Positions 58,626 through 64,000 of a stretch of DNA of 64,000 nt are shown here, piece by piece. Source of the stretch: an uncultured Bacilli bacterium (GTDB lineage: Bacteria > Bacillota_I > Bacilli_A > RF39 > UBA660); assembly GCA_947626515.1 (NCBI GenBank), contig CANQSL010000002.1, positions 14,339 through 78,338 of the forward strand, written 5' to 3'. The first letter of the stretch is position 1. Every line of letters starts with the position of its first letter. The notes beneath the pieces are model-generated. The model was not told the DNA's origin. It saw nothing but the letters and a program-made list of their open reading frames with translations, and searched no databases. A program made the position numbers and the translations under genes.

Positions 58626-60809
58626 CTATCTAGATCTACCTCTTCTAGGTTCTTCTAACTCTTGTTCTTCAAAGCTATTGTATTGATAAGGGTATGGATA
58701 AGGAAATGGATATGATTGAAATTGTGTTTGTTGTTGTACTTGTTGTCTAGGCTGATTATTATTTTCTTGTTTTTTATTTTTTTTATTGTTATTTTTATTT
58801 TTTTCGTTGTCATTCTCTAAATTTGGATCATTCAACTTATTTATTTCTTCAACCCTTTTTTCATTTTCTATAATACTTTTATCAATTTGACTATCTAGTA
58901 AATTTGCCTTTTCTTTTTGGGAATTTAATTTAAATTCTACCTTTTCAATATCAGCTAAGAATTTAAAATATTCACTAGAATTATAATAGTTTTGAAACTC
59001 ATTTTTATATTCTGTTTTTAGAATTCTAATTTCTTCTAAAGTTTTATTTAAATCTCCCTTAGTATTGAATAAATTATTTTTTTCGTTTAATAACGCACTT
59101 TTATAATCGCCACTAGGAACAAATTTAGATACTGTTTTTACAGTTAATTGACTTTGTAGTTTTTTATAAAGTTCTGGTAATGATAAATTATTATTAGGAT
59201 TGTTAATCATTTTCATTGCTAGAGTAGTAAGTTGTAATTTATTTTTTATTTCCATATCGCCTAAGAAAAATTTTTTACTTATTTTTTCTTCAGCAGCAAT
59301 ATTTTTTATTTTACTATCTAAGTTACCTATAGAAATTTGAAATTTTAATATTTTATTTTCAAATTCAAATCTTTTTTTCTTAAAATTCTCTAAATCTTTT
59401 TCTTCTTGTTCTTTAGTATCTGTTTTGTCATTTACTAACTCTTGTTTTTCTATTATTTCTTGTTTTTGATATTCTGTATTTTTCTTTATTTCATTTATGT
59501 CGTTTTTATAATTTATTTGTCCATTTATGTTATTAAATATTTCTTTTTTATATAGTGATTTATCTTTTTTTAAATAATCGATATAAGTATCAAGTTCCTT
59601 AGGTTTATTTTTTGACATTGCAAAAACTTCATTCATAATATTTTCATTTTCAATATTATTTATTCTGCCAATTATGCCATTAATATTTTCCATATTTTGC
59701 TCTAATCGATTCATTAATTTGTTTATTTCTTCAATGTCACTTGTATTTTCTAATTCTTTATGAATTCTATGGTTTTCTAATTCTAATTCCCTTAAAGAAG
59801 ATTTATCGTCTTTAATTTTTTTTGATAATGTTTCAATAAAATCTTGTCTTCCTATTTCTAATTCTTTTTCAATAATATCTTCTTTACTTGGTTCTTTTTC
59901 ATCAGGTTCTTTTTCATCAGGTTCTTTTTTGTTAGGTTCCTTTTCATCAAGTTCTTTTTCATCAAGTTCTTTTTCATCAAGTTCTTTTTCATCAAGTTCT
60001 TTTTCATCAGGTTCTTTTTCATCAAGTTCTTTTTCATCAGGCTCTTTTTTGTCAGGTTCTTTTTTGTCAGGTTCTTTTTTGTCAGGTTCTTTTTTGTCAG
60101 GTTCTTTTTTGTCAGGTTCTTTTTTGTCAAGTTCTTTTTTGTCAAGTTCTTTTTTGTCAAGTTCCTTTTTATTTGGTTGATTTAAATCTTGTTTATTTTT
60201 ATCTTCAATTTTAAGCTCTTTATTTTCTTCTTTTAAATCTTTTGGTTTTTCATTGTTGTCTAATTTTTTTTCGTCAATAGCGACTTTAATATTTTTTTTT
60301 GCTTCTTCTTTTTTTTGATTTTCTAGATCTTTCTCATCTTTATTTTTTTCTTCTTTTTTAGGTTCTATTTTTTTATTATCACTATCTTTGGATTTTTCTT
60401 TCTTTTCTCCTTTTTTAATTACATTGTCAATTTCTTTTTTTAAATCTTCAAATTCATCTTGCTTTTCCTCTTTTTTATTTACGGTTTTAATTGAAGTAGA
60501 ACTTTCTTTTTTAGGCATTATTTCTTCAGTAACATTAGCTTTTTTTAAATCATCTTTATCTTTCTTTTCTGGATTAATGTGCAATTTAATTGCAACTTTA
60601 ACTTTTCTTCTATTTTTCTTTTTAATATTTTTTTCTAATAATTTTTTTGTTGCATAAAATTCTTCTTCTTTTTTTCTTCTAATTCTATTTATTTCCTCTT
60701 TTTTTTTCTTTTTTTCTTCATATTCTTTTTTCTTTTTTTTGGCAAGATTTCTATAATATAATTTTAAATATTTAAAATAATCATTAACGTCTTTTCTATT
60801 AGTATTCAT
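58626..60809 (-). CDS. Lys/Glu-rich, repeat-containing coiled-coil protein of unknown function
   Basis: 727-aa ORF. Basic N-terminus, 19 pentapeptide repeats (K/E)KE(L/P)D, a long predicted coiled coil, and a Gln-rich/YPFPYPYPYQY C-terminus. No TM segment or signal peptide. Confidence 0.7.
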   Translation of the reverse strand: MNTNRKDVNDYFKYLKLYYRNLAKKKKKEYEEKKKKKEEINRIRRKKEEEFYATKKLLEKNIKKKNRRKVKVAIKLHINPEKKDKDDLKKANVTEEIMPKKESSTSIKTVNKKEEKQDEFEDLKKEIDNVIKKGEKKEKSKDSDNKKIEPKKEEKNKDEKDLENQKKEEAKKNIKVAIDEKKLDNNEKPKDLKEENKELKIEDKNKQDLNQPNKKELDKKELDKKELDKKEPDKKEPDKKEPDKKEPDKKEPDKKEPDEKELDEKEPDEKELDEKELDEKELDEKELDEKEPNKKEPDEKEPDEKEPSKEDIIEKELEIGRQDFIETLSKKIKDDKSSLRELELENHRIHKELENTSDIEEINKLMNRLEQNMENINGIIGRINNIENENIMNEVFAMSKNKPKELDTYIDYLKKDKSLYKKEIFNNINGQINYKNDINEIKKNTEYQKQEIIEKQELVNDKTDTKEQEEKDLENFKKKRFEFENKILKFQISIGNLDSKIKNIAAEEKISKKFFLGDMEIKNKLQLTTLAMKMINNPNNNLSLPELYKKLQSQLTVKTVSKFVPSGDYKSALLNEKNNLFNTKGDLNKTLEEIRILKTEYKNEFQNYYNSSEYFKFLADIEKVEFKLNSQKEKANLLDSQIDKSIIENEKRVEEINKLNDPNLENDNEKNKNNNKKNKKQENNNQPRQQVQQQTQFQSYPFPYPYPYQYNSFEEQELEEPRRGRSR
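59890..60174 (-). repeat. 19 tandem 15-bp repeats (coding)
   Basis: Plus-strand units are ggttctttttcatca or ggttcttttttgtca, forming two sub-families. The last unit (60160-60174) is degenerate. Confidence 0.95.
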
Positions 60810-60950
60810 AAAACCACCTATGAATAATTATAACATATATTTTTTGTTATTTTGTTAATAATATGTTAAATTTTTAATAAATTAATATAATTATAAAAAA
60901 AATATTCAAAACTACTTTAAATTTATTAAAAAAAATGCTATAATCAAATT

Positions 60951-61144
60951 GCACTTGAGAAAGATTGAGAATGAATGTAATTAAATCATCTTTTAAAATA
61001 TGTGTCGACAATTACTATTTTTTAGAGATTCTAATTATTTTCAATTTCTCTTGTGCTTTTTGTTTTCTTAAAAATTGAAACACAAATATAATAAAATAAA
61101 TATAAAATATGTTGTTAAAATGGTACTAAAGTACTATTTTTTTT
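60951..61144 (+). ncRNA. candidate stand-alone small transcript (structured RNA, possibly encoding a 35-aa hydrophobic peptide)
   Basis: TGcTATAAT (60936-60944). Long imperfect hairpin 60951-61056 (gcacttgagaaagattgagaat / attattttcaatttctcttgtgc). Second hairpin atggtac/gtactat (61120-61137) followed by T8. Confidence 0.4.
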
Positions 61145-61306
61145 GTCTTATTTTTTTGAAATTTACATTTATTTTATATAAAAATTAAAAAATGTATATA
61201 AATACCTTATTTTTAGTATTTGTTTACATATTTTCTTTTTAATTTTTAATTTTTATGTTATTATTTATATAAAGAATAAACTATTGGGGTATAGAATGGA
61301 GAAAAT

Positions 61307-63136
61307 ATGGAAAAAGAAAATTTGACAGGGTATCCTCATATCGATAAGCCTTGGATGAAGTACTATAAGGATTTGAAGTTTGATATAAAAGATATTCCTA
61401 ATATGTCAATTTATGAACTGGCATATGAAAGCAACAAAGAAAATATGAAAGAAACTGCAATTGATTTGAGAAGTAGTATGAATAATTTTACAAAAGGTAT
61501 AAAAATATCATATGAAAATTTCTTTAAAAAAATTAATATCAATGCTAAATCTTCTAGTATTTTAGGTATAGGTAAGAATGATATCATGCCTATAGTACTA
61601 CCTAATGTACCAGAAGCGAGAACATTAATATATTCAAATAGTATTTTAGGCGCTATATCTTATCCTATATCACCTTTATTACCAGCTAATCAATTGAAAC
61701 AAATAATTGAAGAAAATGATATTAAAAATATTGTTATTTTTAGCGCTTTTTATGAAAAATATGCTGCGGTTTTAAAAGATTGTAACTTGGAAAATATTAT
61801 TTATTTAAATGGAACTGAATCATTACCAAATAGTATAAGATCTCTTAATAAATTAAAAGATATTATTTTACACAAAAAAGCAGATAGAGTAACACTTGAT
61901 AATAAGAAAATAATTACTTGGGATGAATATCAAAAATATAGTGAATTAAAAAAAGAAAATATAAACCCTTTTTATGAAGATAATCATATAGCTGCTATTA
62001 TAGGAACAAGTGGAACAACAGGAACATCTAAAGGTGTATGTTTAACAGATAGAAACATAAATGCAGCTGCTCTAGCATATAAAAATGGTAAAGCTTTTGA
62101 AGGTAAAACTTTCTTGGATGCATTATTACCATCAATTGGTTATGGAATTTCAATGTTACATTATCAAGTTGTAGATAATAAATATGTATATTTAATTCCA
62201 GAGTTAATTACTACAAATACACCTGATGTTTTAAATACTTTAAAGCCGGATAATTTTCCAGGTGGACCTGTACATTATATAAATTTAAAAAACAGTGATT
62301 TATTTAAAAACGATAAAATACCTAAACATAAAAATTATATATCAGGTGGAGCGTCTTTACCTGCTGATATTGAAAGTTCATTAAATAAAGTATCTACTGG
62401 CTATGTTGAAAATGGAAACAATGATAATTTAGTAGTTAGACAAGGTTATGGTCTTTCTGAAAATGTTGCACAAGGAACATATTCAATTCATGGTGCTTAC
62501 AAATTTGGTAGTATTGGAATTCCAATGCCATATGAAACAGTAGGAATTTTTAAACCTGGTACAGATGAACCTTTAAAGTATAATGAATTAGGAGAGTTAT
62601 GTATTACTGGACCTACTGTTATGAAAGAATATTTAAATAATAAAGAAGAAACAGATAAAGTAATATTAGTACATAACGATGGTAAAAGATGGATTCATAC
62701 AAAAGATATTGTATATATGGATGAAGATGGACATATTTTCCATGTTGATAGAATAAAAAATATTTTTATGAGAACTGGATTTAATGTACATCCTCAAAAA
62801 ATAGCTGAATTTATTGATTCAATTCCTTATGTAAAAAATGCTACAGTTATTGGATTTGAGCATCCAAAAGAACAGTGTGTTCCAATCGCTTTTATTGAAT
62901 TAGATCAAACAAGTACAAAAGGTAAAACAAATGAACAAATACTATCTGAAATAAATGAAATTTGTTATAAAAATTTAGAAGAAACATCTGTTCCATATGA
63001 TTATGTTATTGTTAATACTTTACCAATAAATTTAGGTGGTAAAATAGATAATCAGAGAATAAAAAAAGAATCAAACATTGATTTGATGAAAAATGAAAAA
63101 GTGTTAACAAAAAAATTGACTTTTGATATTAAATAA
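61307..63136 (+). CDS. AMP-forming acyl-CoA synthetase / adenylate-forming ligase
   Basis: IIGTSGTTGTSKGV (AMP-binding motif), GYGLSE, HTKDIVYMDEDG, GGKIDN. Confidence 0.85.
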   Translation: MEKENLTGYPHIDKPWMKYYKDLKFDIKDIPNMSIYELAYESNKENMKETAIDLRSSMNNFTKGIKISYENFFKKININAKSSSILGIGKNDIMPIVLPNVPEARTLIYSNSILGAISYPISPLLPANQLKQIIEENDIKNIVIFSAFYEKYAAVLKDCNLENIIYLNGTESLPNSIRSLNKLKDIILHKKADRVTLDNKKIITWDEYQKYSELKKENINPFYEDNHIAAIIGTSGTTGTSKGVCLTDRNINAAALAYKNGKAFEGKTFLDALLPSIGYGISMLHYQVVDNKYVYLIPELITTNTPDVLNTLKPDNFPGGPVHYINLKNSDLFKNDKIPKHKNYISGGASLPADIESSLNKVSTGYVENGNNDNLVVRQGYGLSENVAQGTYSIHGAYKFGSIGIPMPYETVGIFKPGTDEPLKYNELGELCITGPTVMKEYLNNKEETDKVILVHNDGKRWIHTKDIVYMDEDGHIFHVDRIKNIFMRTGFNVHPQKIAEFIDSIPYVKNATVIGFEHPKEQCVPIAFIELDQTSTKGKTNEQILSEINEICYKNLEETSVPYDYVIVNTLPINLGGKIDNQRIKKESNIDLMKNEKVLTKKLTFDIK

Positions 63137-63203
63137 TAATGAATCAATATAAAAGTTTATCAAAACCAAAAAAATGTCTAATAATTAGAGAGATATGTTT
63201 TAC

Positions 63204-63233
63204 AAAAAAATAATATTATGATATTATTTTTTT
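63204..63233 (+). terminator. all-A/T hairpin plus T-run after the ligase gene, abutting the next RBS
   Basis: aaaaaaataatat (63204-63216) / atattattttttt (63221-63233), loop tatg. GGTGA at 63236-63240. Confidence 0.45.
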
Positions 63234-63246
63234 ATGGTGATAATTT

Positions 63247-64000
63247 ATGATTAGTATTTGTTTTTCAATTTCATGTTTAGCTTTTATAACAATAATAGCA
63301 TCTTTCTATTTTTCAAAAAGTAGATTAAAAAATGTAGATAATAAAATTTTTACAATCTTAGTAATAACAAATATAATAGGTATAATATTAGATGTTGGAG
63401 GTTTTGTATCTTTTAAAATGTTTGGAACAGAAAATATATTGAATGTTTTTATTTCTAAAATATACTTAATATATTATTTGACGTATACTTTTTGTTTAAT
63501 GCTATATGTATATAATGTATCATTTTCTAACTTTTTTAAAATAGTTAAAAAATTAGTCTTAGCCTTTATATTAGTTTGCTTCATTATATTTTTATTACCT
63601 ACAAGTGTACGTTTTGAAGATTCTATTGCGTATTCTTATGGACCTAGTGTAAATTTAGGATATGTATTTGCATTTATATTTATGATTTTTATGATGGTTT
63701 GTATGTTTATAAGAATAAAAAAAATAAAATCTAAAGTTTATTTACCTTTATTAGTATTCATATTACTTACTTTTGTATCATTAATAGTTCAAAAAATGTA
63801 TCCGGAAATAACTTTATTGTTATTATCTAATTCTGTTGTAACTACTTTAATGTATTTTACAATAGAAAATCCAGATATAAAAATGTTAAGTGAAATATAT
63901 AAAAATAAAGAGTTAGTAGAACAAACTTATGTAGATAAATCCAACTTCTTATTTGAAATGACACAAGAAGTTAGAAGTCCATTAATGAATTTAAGTAATT
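63247..64000 (+). CDS. membrane sensor histidine-kinase-like protein, 5' partial (runs off the window)
   Basis: I translated this frame by hand and it is open from ATG 63247 to the window end. About six hydrophobic segments, then FLFEMTQEVRSPLMN (a HisKA H-box with Gln in place of His). It is absent from the ORF track because it has no stop. Confidence 0.7.
   Translation, partial: MISICFSISCLAFITIIASFYFSKSRLKNVDNKIFTILVITNIIGIILDVGGFVSFKMFGTENILNVFISKIYLIYYLTYTFCLMLYVYNVSFSNFFKIVKKLVLAFILVCFIIFLLPTSVRFEDSIAYSYGPSVNLGYVFAFIFMIFMMVCMFIRIKKIKSKVYLPLLVFILLTFVSLIVQKMYPEITLLLLSNSVVTTLMYFTIENPDIKMLSEIYKNKELVEQTYVDKSNFLFEMTQEVRSPLMNLSN

Noticed and set aside
59858-60180. ORFs on both strands within the 15-bp repeat array (MTKKNLTKKNL... 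and ...SSSFSSSSF...).
   Set aside because: These are alternate-frame and antisense read-outs of the same tandem repeat. The 727-aa frame continues through non-repetitive sequence on both sides and is the only coherent gene.
1-64000. Prophage, IS element, integrative island or CRISPR array anywhere in the window.
   Set aside because: I saw no integrase, transposase, recombinase, phage structural gene, tRNA attachment site, long inverted or direct terminal repeats, or regularly spaced repeat-spacer array.

Overview
This is a very AT-rich chromosomal segment, roughly one quarter G+C by eye, using the standard genetic code (TGG Trp; TGA, TAA and TAG all used as stops). It appears to come from a cell-walled low-GC Bacillota. 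The gene order is Bacilli-like: dnaB-dnaI, ybxB-rpoB-rpoC, and yrzL-ruvX-yrzB-mltG-yrrM-yrrN-yrrO followed by greA. I call about 54 protein genes, almost all on the + strand. I could not recognise any rRNA, tRNA, CRISPR array, transposase, integrase or prophage gene. Most of the content is housekeeping: replication (dnaB/dnaI), mutS, a reduced SUF Fe-S operon, murE/murC, clpP, gap, argS, rpoBC, frr, greA, ffh, and lipoteichoic-acid/glycolipid genes. Several lineage-specific insertions sit between these genes. (1) The best candidate for an undescribed system is a tightly translationally coupled four-gene operon at 32.1-37.3 kb. It encodes a TelA-like protein, an orphan, a CobS/MoxR-type AAA+ ATPase with a long unknown N-terminal half, and a possibly vWA-like orphan with an ablated MIDAS site. 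It has its own promoter and terminator and sits where rplKAJL normally precedes ybxB-rpoBC. (2) At 15.7-17.7 kb there is a tandem pair of winged-helix-like plus metallophosphoesterase paralogues. The upstream copy has lost all five metal-ligand motifs. The pair is preceded by a structured leader or sRNA. (3) A MacB-type ABC pair is followed by a large secreted protein with a SipW/TasA-type signal peptide. (4) A Cna-B-like surface protein carries an NPQTN-like VPITN sorting signal and DNDYYP heptad repeats, next to a small sortase that seems to lack the conserved Arg. (5) A 727-aa Lys/Glu-rich protein contains 19 tandem 15-bp repeats. (6) A stand-alone promoter-hairpin-terminator unit lies in a divergent intergenic region. 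Two further observations are an RpoB rifampicin-resistance-determining region carrying Lys and Asp at the E. coli 513 and 526 positions, and a truncated sensor-kinase-like gene whose H-box His reads Gln. All calls rest on motif recognition by eye. No database search or folding computation was run.
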